Source: an uncultured Gemmatimonadota bacterium (lineage in GTDB: Bacteria; Blakebacterota; Blakebacteria; Blakebacterales; Blakebacteraceae). From it: DNA of 64,000 bases. Below are positions 51,539 through 60,810 of this stretch, piece after piece. The stretch lies in the NCBI GenBank assembly GCA_964576115.1, contig CAZNUA010000001.1:124001-188000 (forward strand), read 5' to 3'. The position numbers were made by a program, and so were the translations under genes. Every line of letters begins with the position of its first letter. Within the stretch, counting starts at the first letter, position 1. The notes beneath the pieces were generated by a model. It ran no database searches and was not told the origin of the DNA. It worked only from the letters and a program-made list of their open reading frames with translations.

Positions 51539-52999
51539 ATGAAGCGCTGCCGTCATCGACTATTTGTGCTCCCGGTCCTGGCTTTGATCGCCGCCGCAGC
51601 CTGCGCCGTCAACCCGGTGACCGGGCGACGACAGCTGATGCTGGTCAGCCCCGAGCGCGAACTCGAACTCGGGCGTGAAGCCGATACCGGTATCACCGCC
51701 AGCTACGGACTCTACGGGGAGGAGGAGCTGGGCTTCTACCTCGACGAGCTGGGTCAACGGATGGCCCGGATCTGTCACCGGCCCGAACTGGAGTTCAGCT
51801 TCAAGATCCTCGACACCCCGGTCATCAACGCCTTCGCGGTGCCCGGCGGATTCGTCTACGTGACCCGGGGCATCCTGGCGTACCTGAACAGCGAGGCCGA
51901 ACTCACCGGAGTGCTGGGTCACGAACTCGGGCACATTACAGCCCGCCATACGGCCCAGCGGCTCAGCCAGGCAACCGTGGCGGGGCTGGGCATCGGTCTC
52001 GGTTCGATGTTCTCGGAGACCTTCAGCCGCTACTCGCAGGTGGCCGAAGCCGGGGTGGGTCTGCTGATGCTGAGCTTCAGCCGGGCCAACGAGCGCGAGG
52101 CCGACCGGCTCGGGGTCGAATACTCGAGCGCCGCCGGCTGGGATGCCGCCGAGATGGCGGCTTTCTTCGCCACCCTCGAACGGATGAGCCCGAAACGGGG
52201 CGGCGGGCTCCCCGACTGGTTCTCAACCCATCCCGCACCCGAAGAACGAGTGGATAATGTACGCCGGATGGCCCGGGAAGCACGGACCGAGCGGAGCGCG
52301 GCCGGCGGCGCCGAGCCGGTCGTGAACCGCACCGAATACCTGCAGCAGATCGCGGGGCTGGTATACGGCGCCGATCCCCGCCAGGGCTATATCGCCGAGG
52401 GGACATTCTACCATCCCGAGCTGCGTTTCCTCTTTCCGGTTCCGACCGACTGGACAGTCCTGAACGAGGCCCGTCAGGTCCAGCTCACCGGTCCGCAGGA
52501 CCAGGCCGTCATCCTCTTCACCCTCGGCACCGGTGACGATCCCGAGGCCGAAGCCGACACCTTTCTCGAGTCCACCGGACTGACCCCCCGCGAGCGCTCA
52601 CCGGTCACCGTCAACGGCCTGCGGGGAGTCAGCCTGGAGGCCCTCGTGGAACAGGGGGGGAACGAGGTGTTCCTGCGCTCCCTCTTCATCGGCAAGGGCG
52701 AACGCACCTATCTCTTCCACGGTCTGTGCGAAGCCGCGCAGGTCTCACGTTACTCCGGTACGTTCGCGACCGTCATGCAGGGCTTCGCCCCTCTGACCGA
52801 CCGGGCCCGGATCGAGGTCGAACCGGAACGGCTGCAGCTCGTCGAAACCGGCAGCGGCGGAACCCTGCGCCGGCTCCTGCTCGATCACGGGGTGAGTGAT
52901 GACAGACTCGAGGAGCACTCCCTGCTGAACGGAAGGCTCCTCGAGGATCGGGTGGAGGCGGGCAGTCTGCTGAAAATCATCCGGCCGGGCGGCCGCTGA
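51539..52999 (+). CDS. M48 family metalloprotease lipoprotein
   Basis: AAAC lipobox, NPVTG, INAFAVPGG, GHELGH, FSRANEREAD, STHP. Confidence 0.92.
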   Translation: MKRCRHRLFVLPVLALIAAAACAVNPVTGRRQLMLVSPERELELGREADTGITASYGLYGEEELGFYLDELGQRMARICHRPELEFSFKILDTPVINAFAVPGGFVYVTRGILAYLNSEAELTGVLGHELGHITARHTAQRLSQATVAGLGIGLGSMFSETFSRYSQVAEAGVGLLMLSFSRANEREADRLGVEYSSAAGWDAAEMAAFFATLERMSPKRGGGLPDWFSTHPAPEERVDNVRRMAREARTERSAAGGAEPVVNRTEYLQQIAGLVYGADPRQGYIAEGTFYHPELRFLFPVPTDWTVLNEARQVQLTGPQDQAVILFTLGTGDDPEAEADTFLESTGLTPRERSPVTVNGLRGVSLEALVEQGGNEVFLRSLFIGKGERTYLFHGLCEAAQVSRYSGTFATVMQGFAPLTDRARIEVEPERLQLVETGSGGTLRRLLLDHGVSDDRLEEHSLLNGRLLEDRVEAGSLLKIIRPGGR

Positions 53000-53794
53000 T
53001 CAGCGCTTTCTGAAACTGACCATCAGGACGTCGTCCCTCTCGTCGGGGTTCATCTCCTGCAGGGTTTCCAGCGTGTACTCCCAGTAAAGGGTCTGCCCCT
53101 CGACCCGGGTGGCGTTGTGCTCCACGATCCGGTTGGGGACGGTGATCTTCATCGCCACCCGCAGGTCGGAGAAGGCCCGTTCGATCATGGTCTCCAGACC
53201 CGAGAAGCCCATCTCCATTCCTTCGTTCTGTTCGACATCCTCGACCGGATTGGGGGTGCCCATCTCGAGCCGCCAGGTCCGGCCTTCGTCGATCAGCCGC
53301 AGGTCTTCGAAGGGCGTTGAGAGGGAAGAAAAATCGGACAGACCCATTCCCGTCCGCTGCTCGCCGGCGGTCTCGTCGGGATCCTCCAGATGGAGTTCGT
53401 GGAGCCGGTCGATGTGGGGGAAATCCACTTCGACCGCGAACGTCATGCGCAGGCCCTCGGCTGAAGCGAGAGCATTGAGAAGGGTGAAACCCTCGGGCAG
53501 ATCCTCTTCGATGTCCCGACGAATCTCATCCTGATCGATCTCGGATTCCAGGTCCATCTCGGCTATCAGTTCGGCCCGGGCATCGGCCACTGCCTCGTCG
53601 CTCGGCTCGCCCTCCTCACCGGAGAAAGCGTGCTGGAGCGAGGCCATGATGTAGGCCATCGGTTCCATGTTGATCGTGAACTCGAAGCCGGCCGTGCCGG
53701 ACAGATCCTCGTTCAGATCCAGACTGGCCTCGATTCCGAAGCAGCCCGCCAGCAGCAGGAGTGCCGCCAGCGAAGCGGTTGCCGCTCGTTTCAT
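53000..53794 (-). CDS. Hypothetical lipoprotein (LppM-like)
   Basis: LLAGC lipobox, L.LNEDLSG, VP.RIVEHNAT.VEG.TL.W. Confidence 0.7.
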   Translation of the reverse strand: MKRAATASLAALLLLAGCFGIEASLDLNEDLSGTAGFEFTINMEPMAYIMASLQHAFSGEEGEPSDEAVADARAELIAEMDLESEIDQDEIRRDIEEDLPEGFTLLNALASAEGLRMTFAVEVDFPHIDRLHELHLEDPDETAGEQRTGMGLSDFSSLSTPFEDLRLIDEGRTWRLEMGTPNPVEDVEQNEGMEMGFSGLETMIERAFSDLRVAMKITVPNRIVEHNATRVEGQTLYWEYTLETLQEMNPDERDDVLMVSFRKR

Positions 53795-53895
53795 GATCCT
53801 CTCCCCCCTAAGGACACCGTTTCGCAATGACGCTTGTATTCGAGGGCCGGTACGCTACCGTACTTCCGAAGCTGTGCACCATGGATCGATCCGGT

Positions 53896-54540
53896 TCAGT
53901 GCTCGATCACCTCGGCGCCGCGGATGCGTCCCCGCACTCGGGATCCGTCATAGAGATGTACCGTAACGTCGACGTCGGAGTCCAGCACCTCGATATCGCC
54001 CTCGACAGTCGAGCCGCCCCGCATATAGATCCGCAGGTACCGTTGATCGCGATTCTCACCTTCGTGCGTAACCCGCCTGATGATGATATCGCGCTCCACC
54101 ACACTCTGGTCATCGAGCACGATATCGGCATCGAAGGTGGTGATGTCCTCGGTCACCCGGGTCCGGGTCAGACGGATTTCCCCGTCGACGGTGTTGATCT
54201 CGCCGTCCACGCGCACCCCCCGCCGACAGACGATCTCGCCGTCGACGGCCTGCAGATTGCCGCGGACCTCGACGTCGGACATGAGTTCGATCCGACCGTC
54301 GACACTCTGTAGAGTGCGTACCCGCGCCCCCTGACCGATCTCGATATCGCCGTCGACCGTCCGGCAGGGCGCCCGTACGACGCACTCCCGACCGATGATG
54401 ATATCGCCGTCGATCGTCAGGATACTGCTGCGCACCACGCTCCCGTGCGGTACGGCAATATCGCTGTCGATGGCAAAGTGACAACCGGTGAGGATCAGGA
54501 CCGCCCCGATCGCCGGGGTCAGTCGAATGAGTCTCTTCAT
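53896..54540 (-). CDS. Lipoprotein with beta-helix-like repeats (DUF4097/bactofilin-like)
   Basis: LTGC lipobox; about 17-aa repeats TIDGDI, TVDGDI, SVDGRI, AVDGEI, TVDGEI, TFDADI. Confidence 0.75.
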   Translation of the reverse strand: MKRLIRLTPAIGAVLILTGCHFAIDSDIAVPHGSVVRSSILTIDGDIIIGRECVVRAPCRTVDGDIEIGQGARVRTLQSVDGRIELMSDVEVRGNLQAVDGEIVCRRGVRVDGEINTVDGEIRLTRTRVTEDITTFDADIVLDDQSVVERDIIIRRVTHEGENRDQRYLRIYMRGGSTVEGDIEVLDSDVDVTVHLYDGSRVRGRIRGAEVIEH

Positions 54541-54574
54541 GGGCCGCCTATCTCCTCTCCCCCACAATATCATG

Positions 54575-54600
54575 TACGTCATTCCCCCGGCCGGGTTTCT
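54575..54600 (-). promoter_or_regulatory. Candidate ECF-sigma promoter
   Basis: Minus strand AGAAAC-N16-CGTA, matching the SigW-type consensus TGAAAC-N16-CGTA, 35 bp upstream of ATG 54540. Confidence 0.55.
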
Positions 54601-54636
54601 CTCGACCCACCCTCCGGCGGCCCGGTCGATCCACCG

Positions 54637-56787
54637 CTACTGTTTCCTGATCCAGACATAGTCAAAGCCGAAGAGGCCCGGTTCGGCACATTCGATGACG
54701 AGGGTGTGGTTCCCGGCGGCCAGATCCACCCGCTCGAAAGCGGTACTCAGCAGACGGCGGCCATATCCGGTCCGCAGGACGAGGTTCCCGGTGCCCCGCA
54801 GGCCCTCGCCGGCCCCGCCCAGGTTGTTCACGATCAGCGGCTCGCCGTCACACAGAACCCGGATCACCCCGCTTTCGGGCCAGTGAGCGGCCACCAGGTT
54901 GATGGTATAGGTGCCCGCCTCGGCCACCGCGACCGGAATCGCGATCCGCTCCCCCGGCTCGGCCCGCCAGGTCAGCAGCCGGCCGCGGGAGGCTCCCGGC
55001 TGAGAGGCGGTGCCGCCGGTTTCGCCTCCCTCGGCACGGATCGTCCGCTCCGCGACCGGATGGAAGGTGGCATTGTTCGCCCCCCCGTAGGCCTGCGGCT
55101 CCATGGCGGGCAGGGACGGAATGATGAGCTCCGAAGCCACCAGCCGGCGATGATCGTCGCGGGCTCCGGGACGGGCGTAGTAGTACGCGATCCGGGCATA
55201 CCCGAGACCGGGCTGGGCCCGGTGCGGCCACAGTTCCATATAGAAGGCCAGGGCGGTGCGGAAGGGTACCGAATCGAGAATGTGCCAGCGGTGGTTCGAG
55301 ACATAGCCCAGATTGCCGGGGCCGGTGTCCAGCGGCTGGCCGCAGTAGGGATGGTCGAAGAGATCGGGGCGGCTCCACGAGTAATTGAAGTAATCCTCGC
55401 TTCCGGTGCCGTAGAAGCGGGGAAAGGACTCGTCGTCGACAAAGATCTTCTCGTCCCCCTCACCCCACCAGTTGCCCCCCGGGGTGGGCACCGCCGACGG
55501 GTTGACGACCATGGCCGCGACCCCGACCAGGCGCCCGGCGCCGTGGACCACCGCGTAGGGCAGATCGATCGGTCCGGTACGCACGTCCAGATCGGTGTCG
55601 GAGCGCCAGCGGGCACGGAAGTACAGCGAGCGCTCGTCCCAGGACCACGGCGAGACTTCGAACGAGACGTGGGCGGTGACGGTCGCATCGCTCAGGTTGG
55701 TCAGCCTGACGATCGTTTTCTCCTGAAAAGGCATGACCCAGCGGCTCGTCATCCGGCCCTGGTCGTCGACCGTGACGGGGGTGCTCTCGAAGGGATTCAC
55801 CCCCGGACCCGAACCGAAGAAATCGCCGAGGGGCGCTTCGACCTGCGGCTGTCCCGCGCCGTCGAAGGCCAGCTGGAGCAGAGTGCCGCGCAGGGCCCGG
55901 TCGACGTCATCGGCCTCGACCCGGGCGCCGAACTGCGTGATCGCCCCCGCCGTACCGGAGGTGCGCAGGGTCATGTCCCACGAGGTGCCGGGCGCCAGCT
56001 CGGCCTGCTCGACATAGGTCGGCGGGGCGGTCGTCGTTTCCTGCTCCGCCCGCCGCCGGCCGGACAAGACCCGGGCCGGGATCAGTTCGAGTTCCTCACG
56101 GGCCGCCCGCAGTTCCCGACCGGTGTTGAAGGTTCGCACCCGGGTTCCTTCGGGGTAGCGCCTCACCTCGACGTGATAGAAGTGCAGCTCGTCGAGTTTG
56201 CCCTCCCAGGTCAGACGCACCCCTGCCGCGTACGGGATCGGGAAATAGTCGGCGTCCTGCTGGCAGAAGATATCGAGAAAATCTCCATCGATGCCGCCGG
56301 CTTCGAGAAAAACCTCCGCTTTGCGGGCCAGGAAGCGATAGGCATCCCCCTCGTAGCAGGGCTCATCGGCGCCATCGAGGTAGACCCGCAGGATTCCACC
56401 CATGCCCGCCGACCAGGTCCGCACGATTGCCCCGGGGCCGGTTTCGTCAACCATCAGGTAGAGCCCGACGCCGTCGGCCCCGGCCTCGCGCAGGGTGGTC
56501 AGGAAACCGGGGATCGGTTCACCTCCGAAACCGTCGGCATTGGAGTACCAGCCTTCGGCATCGGGGGACCGGGATCTCCGGTCGTAGGAGGAGAACTGCA
56601 TCACCTCGAAGAAGGGGTCGGGCAAAGAGGCCAGCCGGGCGAGATCGCCCATCTCGGCCAGCAGGGTTCCGGTCGTGACCGTCCCGGCCCGGGAGAGATT
56701 CTGGGCCGGGAGGGAGAGGGGCAACAGAGAAACGGTCACGATCGTGGCGGCGAGAGCGGGACGCAGTCGAGTGAACATTCTTCTCAT
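54637..56787 (-). CDS. Glycoside hydrolase family 172 (DUF2961) protein, secreted
   Basis: SSYDR, GPGAIVRTWS, VEAPLGDFFG, MPF, WWGEGDEKIFVD, GTGSEDYF, H..D.VPF. Confidence 0.9.
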   Translation of the reverse strand: MRRMFTRLRPALAATIVTVSLLPLSLPAQNLSRAGTVTTGTLLAEMGDLARLASLPDPFFEVMQFSSYDRRSRSPDAEGWYSNADGFGGEPIPGFLTTLREAGADGVGLYLMVDETGPGAIVRTWSAGMGGILRVYLDGADEPCYEGDAYRFLARKAEVFLEAGGIDGDFLDIFCQQDADYFPIPYAAGVRLTWEGKLDELHFYHVEVRRYPEGTRVRTFNTGRELRAAREELELIPARVLSGRRRAEQETTTAPPTYVEQAELAPGTSWDMTLRTSGTAGAITQFGARVEADDVDRALRGTLLQLAFDGAGQPQVEAPLGDFFGSGPGVNPFESTPVTVDDQGRMTSRWVMPFQEKTIVRLTNLSDATVTAHVSFEVSPWSWDERSLYFRARWRSDTDLDVRTGPIDLPYAVVHGAGRLVGVAAMVVNPSAVPTPGGNWWGEGDEKIFVDDESFPRFYGTGSEDYFNYSWSRPDLFDHPYCGQPLDTGPGNLGYVSNHRWHILDSVPFRTALAFYMELWPHRAQPGLGYARIAYYYARPGARDDHRRLVASELIIPSLPAMEPQAYGGANNATFHPVAERTIRAEGGETGGTASQPGASRGRLLTWRAEPGERIAIPVAVAEAGTYTINLVAAHWPESGVIRVLCDGEPLIVNNLGGAGEGLRGTGNLVLRTGYGRRLLSTAFERVDLAAGNHTLVIECAEPGLFGFDYVWIRKQ

Positions 56788-56918
56788 CCTTTGCGGTTGA
56801 GGGGAATATCGTAGTGTAGCAGGGGCACGGGAATCGCTCCAGAGTAGCCCGCACCGGCGGGGGCGGGTATGGTAGGAGAGAGATGCTGGAGAGGCCCAAC
56901 CGAAGCAGGAGAGAACCG

Positions 56919-57521
56919 ATGAAGCGATCGCTGGGCGCCCGTACCCTGCTCTACCCCACCCCCGTACTCGTCATCGGCACGTGGGATACGGCGGGAAAAC
57001 CGAACCTGATGGCGGCGGCCTGGGGTGGGATCTGCTGTTCGCAGCCACCCTGTGTTGCGGTGGCGGTACGCCGGAACCGGCACACCTATGCCGGGCTCAT
57101 CGAGCACGGCGCCTTTACTGTCAGCGTCACCTCCGAGGCCCTGGCGGCTGAAGCCGATTTCACCGGCACCGTCTCGGGCGCCGAAGTGGACAAGTTCGCC
57201 GCCGCCGGTCTGACTCCGGTAGAAAGTGAGATCGTGGATGCCCCCTGGCCCGACGAGTTTCCGATGGTGCTCGAATGCACATTGCGCCACACCGTCGAAA
57301 TCGGCGTGCACACCCAGTTCGTGGGCGAGATCATGGATATCAAGGTCGAGGAGTCGCTGCTGGATGAAAAAGGAGTACCCGACCTCGAACGCCTGCAGCC
57401 GATCTTCTACGATCCCGGCCGGGGCGGGTACTGGACCACCGGCCGCTGGCTGGCCGATGCCTACAGCCTCGGTCGGCGTTTCTCGGATAACTCCGATCAG
57501 CCGGCCGGCAGGTCCAGATAG
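56919..57521 (+). CDS. Flavin reductase-like protein (flavoredoxin type)
   Basis: YPTPVLVIGT, N.MAAAWGG, SG..VDKF, LEC, HTQFVGEI. Confidence 0.9.
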   Translation: MKRSLGARTLLYPTPVLVIGTWDTAGKPNLMAAAWGGICCSQPPCVAVAVRRNRHTYAGLIEHGAFTVSVTSEALAAEADFTGTVSGAEVDKFAAAGLTPVESEIVDAPWPDEFPMVLECTLRHTVEIGVHTQFVGEIMDIKVEESLLDEKGVPDLERLQPIFYDPGRGGYWTTGRWLADAYSLGRRFSDNSDQPAGRSR

Positions 57522-58624
57522 AAGGTCGTGCCCTCTCCCTCGGCCGAGGTGAAGCCGACCTGACCGCCGAGATACCCTTCGCCCAGCAGTTTCATGCTGT
57601 AGGTGCCGATTCCCCGGCCCGCTCCTTTGGTGGAATAGGAACGCTCGAAGATCTGGAGCTGAACCTCGCGGGGCATGACGGTCGAGTTGTGCACCCGCAG
57701 ACGCACACCGCCCGACCGGCTCGAGCCGCCGAGCGTGACCGTGCCGCCCGCCGGGGTGGCCTCGAGAGCGTTCTTGAGCATATTCCCGATGACCCGGCCG
57801 GCCAGGCGGGGGTCGGTCGCGACCGCGATCCCGGGGGCATCCGTTTCGACCACGATTTCTTTGCCTTCCGCCACTTCGTGATTGCAGTAGAGTTCGCGGA
57901 GCGAGGCCAGGAATTCAGCCACGTCGACAGCGCTGCGCCCGACGGCGAGATCTCCCCGCTCGGCCGCCAGCAGATCGCGCTGGGCCTGAATCTCCTCCAC
58001 CAGCCGCTCGGCCTGACGACCGAGCATGTCGAGAATCTCCACCTGTTCCTCGGCATCGGTGTAGGCCATCATTTCGGCCAATCCCTGCAGTCCGCCGGCG
58101 GTATTCATGATGTCGTGGAAGAAGGTCCGTTCGAGCAGGGAGCGGCGTTTCTCGTGGGCGATATCCGAGGCCGTGAAGAGAGTGACGGTTTCCCCTTCCA
58201 GCTCGAGCGGAGCGGCGGTCACGGCCAGGTCGAGCGACTCGCCGGCCGGCTCGCGGCTGATCCGGCATTCCGAAGCGGCGCTTTGCCCCGCGACTGCCTC
58301 CAGGATGACGTGGGCCGCCCCGCATGTGCGGCAGAACTCCGTCGTGCCGCACCCGCCCTCGGTCTCATGGGCGTGGATACAGTGCAGGGCTTCTCCCGGC
58401 CGCAATCCGCATAGGCCGTCCAGAGACTCCGATCCGGTGAAGGCCTGCATCGACCGGTTGGCGTAGACGATCTGGCGCTCGTCGTTGAGCAGCAGCAGCA
58501 GAACGGGCACGCGATCGAGCAGGCCGGTCAGCAGTCGGTCGGAGGTGACCGTGTCGGTCAACCGTTTCAGTTCTTCGGCGCCGGCCCGCTCAGCGGGTGC
58601 AAACATGGTTTCCATCGCGGTCAT
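57497..58624 (-). CDS. Sensor histidine kinase with Cys-rich PAS-like domain
   Basis: RPGEALHC...GCG...CRTCG, FFHDIMN, NMLKNALEA, STKG.GRGIGTY. Confidence 0.92.
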   Translation of the reverse strand: MTAMETMFAPAERAGAEELKRLTDTVTSDRLLTGLLDRVPVLLLLLNDERQIVYANRSMQAFTGSESLDGLCGLRPGEALHCIHAHETEGGCGTTEFCRTCGAAHVILEAVAGQSAASECRISREPAGESLDLAVTAAPLELEGETVTLFTASDIAHEKRRSLLERTFFHDIMNTAGGLQGLAEMMAYTDAEEQVEILDMLGRQAERLVEEIQAQRDLLAAERGDLAVGRSAVDVAEFLASLRELYCNHEVAEGKEIVVETDAPGIAVATDPRLAGRVIGNMLKNALEATPAGGTVTLGGSSRSGGVRLRVHNSTVMPREVQLQIFERSYSTKGAGRGIGTYSMKLLGEGYLGGQVGFTSAEGEGTTFYLDLPAG

Positions 58625-58641
58625 GGCCGTGTGTGCCTCCT

Positions 58642-60114
58642 TCAGAAGCGCTTCCGGGTCTCGCTGCCATTCAGGTTTCGCCCGGGGGGCCGTTCTGCGG
58701 GTTGATAGAGCGGATTCGGTTCGTCGGGTACGGGGGCTGAGAGGTCACGCCGCCACTGCCGCATCAGAGCGTGCAGCTCATCCCGCCGAGCGGGCATGTC
58801 ATGCGCCAGGTTACGGGTCTCCCCGATATCCTCGCGCAGATTGTAGAGCTCGAGGCGACCGTCTTCGAAGAATTCGATCAGTTTGAAATCTCCCCGGCGC
58901 ACCGCTCCGGCCGGGGTCGTACGCCACGGCCCCCCGGTATCGGCATAGGCTTCGAGATAGGCCGGGAAGTGCCAGAAAAGCGGATGCGATGCGAGCCGAT
59001 CAGCCCCGCGCAGCAACGGGATCAGGCTCACTCCGTCACAGGGCTGACCGGCCGGCGGGTCGACTCCGGCCAGCTCGCAGAGGGTGGGATAGAAATCGAC
59101 CATGATGACCGGTTCCGGGCACCTCGTGCCGGTCGCGATGACACCGGGCCAGTGCACGATCATCGGCGAACGGATACCCCCTTCATACAGCATTCCCTTC
59201 GAACCGCGCAGGGGCGCCATCGAGGTCACCCTCCCGTGACCGCCGTTGTCGGAGAAAAAGATGATCACGGTCTCCCGTTCCAGGCCGAGTTCTTGCAGCG
59301 TTTTCACGATCCGGTCCACTCCGGCATCAACCCGCTCGATCATGGCGGCATAGGTCGGATTCCGGTGCCCGCCGTCGGATTCGCGCTCCCGGCAGGAGGC
59401 GACGAGATCTTCTGGTGCCTGGAGGGGGGTATGGACGGCGTAGTGGGTCAGGTAGAGAAAGAAGGGACGCTCGGCATTCGCCTCGATGAACCGCACCGCC
59501 TCGGCGTTGAGCCGGTCGGTCAGGTACTCCCCCGCCGGGCCGTCGGGCAGATCGGGGTTGGAATAGGGGCTGAAGTAGCTCGCGGGGTGCCCGCGCTCAT
59601 TGCCCCCCACATTGACATCGAACCCCTGGCCCAGGGGGCCGGTTTCGGGACCGGTCCCCAGATGCCACTTCCCCAGACTGGCACAGCGGTAGCCGGCTTC
59701 GCCCAGTACCTCGGCGATGGTCACGATCGCGGGATCCAGTTCGGTTCTGTTCGGCGTCGGCACGAGCCGCCGGTCGCGGGCCCGGCCGCGCTCGGAAGAA
59801 TTCACCGTATAGACGCCGTGACGGGGGGTGTACTGACCCGACAGCAGGCAGGCTCGCGAGGGCGCGCAGTTCGGAGCGGCGGCATAGGCGTCCGAGAAGA
59901 CCATCCCCTCCGCCGCCAGCCGGTCGATCGCCGGGGTACGGTAATAGCGGCTGCCCATGAAACCGGCGTCGCGCCAGCCGAGGTCGTCGATGAGAATGAA
60001 GATGATATTCGGAGACCGTCGGCGGCGCGTGAGGGTACAGGCTCCCAGGAGGAGACCGGTCGAACCGATGCCGGCCGTCTTCAGGAAAGAACGTCTGCCG
60101 GTCTGGCGTGCCAT
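58642..60114 (-). CDS. Sulfatase (S1), Tat-exported
   Basis: GRRSFLK Tat motif, PNIIFILIDDLG, CAPSR, GKWHLG, FSDNGG, YEGGIR. Confidence 0.95.
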   Translation of the reverse strand: MARQTGRRSFLKTAGIGSTGLLLGACTLTRRRRSPNIIFILIDDLGWRDAGFMGSRYYRTPAIDRLAAEGMVFSDAYAAAPNCAPSRACLLSGQYTPRHGVYTVNSSERGRARDRRLVPTPNRTELDPAIVTIAEVLGEAGYRCASLGKWHLGTGPETGPLGQGFDVNVGGNERGHPASYFSPYSNPDLPDGPAGEYLTDRLNAEAVRFIEANAERPFFLYLTHYAVHTPLQAPEDLVASCRERESDGGHRNPTYAAMIERVDAGVDRIVKTLQELGLERETVIIFFSDNGGHGRVTSMAPLRGSKGMLYEGGIRSPMIVHWPGVIATGTRCPEPVIMVDFYPTLCELAGVDPPAGQPCDGVSLIPLLRGADRLASHPLFWHFPAYLEAYADTGGPWRTTPAGAVRRGDFKLIEFFEDGRLELYNLREDIGETRNLAHDMPARRDELHALMRQWRRDLSAPVPDEPNPLYQPAERPPGRNLNGSETRKRF

Positions 60115-60185
60115 CAGGTCGGCTCCTGCGAGAGTCCGCTCATCATCCTACGCCGTCCCCTGCGGCGGCTCAAGCCACAGCCGGC

Positions 60186-60212
60186 GAACCTTTCGGCCTC
60201 CGGCGGTGTATT
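60186..60212 (+). promoter_or_regulatory. Possible autoregulatory ECF promoter
   Basis: GAACCT-N16-GTATT about 45 bp upstream of the ECF sigma start. Confidence 0.35.
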
Positions 60213-60255
60213 CACAGTGCAGGATCGGCACTCTCACCGGCAGCGAGGACGAGGC

Positions 60256-60810
60256 ATGGAAGACACAACCCTGGTGAAACGTGCAGCGGCGGGCGATCCC
60301 CGGTCGTTCGAGATCATCGTGCGGCGTCACGCCGGCGCGATCGTGAACTACCTGCGGCGTTTCCTGCCCGATCCCGACGAGGCCGAGGACGCCGCTCAGG
60401 AGGTGTTTGTGTCGGCCTGGTGCAATCTCAGCCGTTTCGATCCCGATCGCGGGTTGTTCAAGAGCTGGCTCTTCCGGATCGCCACCAATACCGGTTTGAA
60501 CGAGATCAAGCGCCGGGAAAGATCCGCGGCCAGGGAAGAGGCCGCGGCACCGCTGGTGCATCAGAGCCGCAGCGAACCGGGGCAGGGTAGCGAACAGCGC
60601 GAAATGACCCGGTTGCTGCAACCCGCCCTGCAGTCCCTGCCGGACGGCGAGCGTCAGATCATCCTGCTCTCCTACTACCACGAGCTGACCTACAGTCAGA
60701 TCTCTCACATCCTCGAGATTCCGATCGGTACCGTGAAATCACGGATGCACAAGGCGATGGCGCGCCTGCGCACCGAGCTGGAACCGATCAGGGAAGGTGA
60801 GTTGAAATGA
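60256..60810 (+). CDS. ECF RNA polymerase sigma factor
   Basis: AEDAAQEVF, FKSWLFRIATN, LP...R.II.L.Y, IPIGTVKSRMH; GAGG RBS. Confidence 0.95.
   Translation: MEDTTLVKRAAAGDPRSFEIIVRRHAGAIVNYLRRFLPDPDEAEDAAQEVFVSAWCNLSRFDPDRGLFKSWLFRIATNTGLNEIKRRERSAAREEAAAPLVHQSRSEPGQGSEQREMTRLLQPALQSLPDGERQIILLSYYHELTYSQISHILEIPIGTVKSRMHKAMARLRTELEPIREGELK

Noticed and set aside
58771-60255. Long N-terminal extension of the ECF sigma ORF (likewise upstream extensions of ORFs at 26447, 20705, 8831, 31553)
   Set aside because: They overlap other genes; internal starts with RBS give normal-length proteins.
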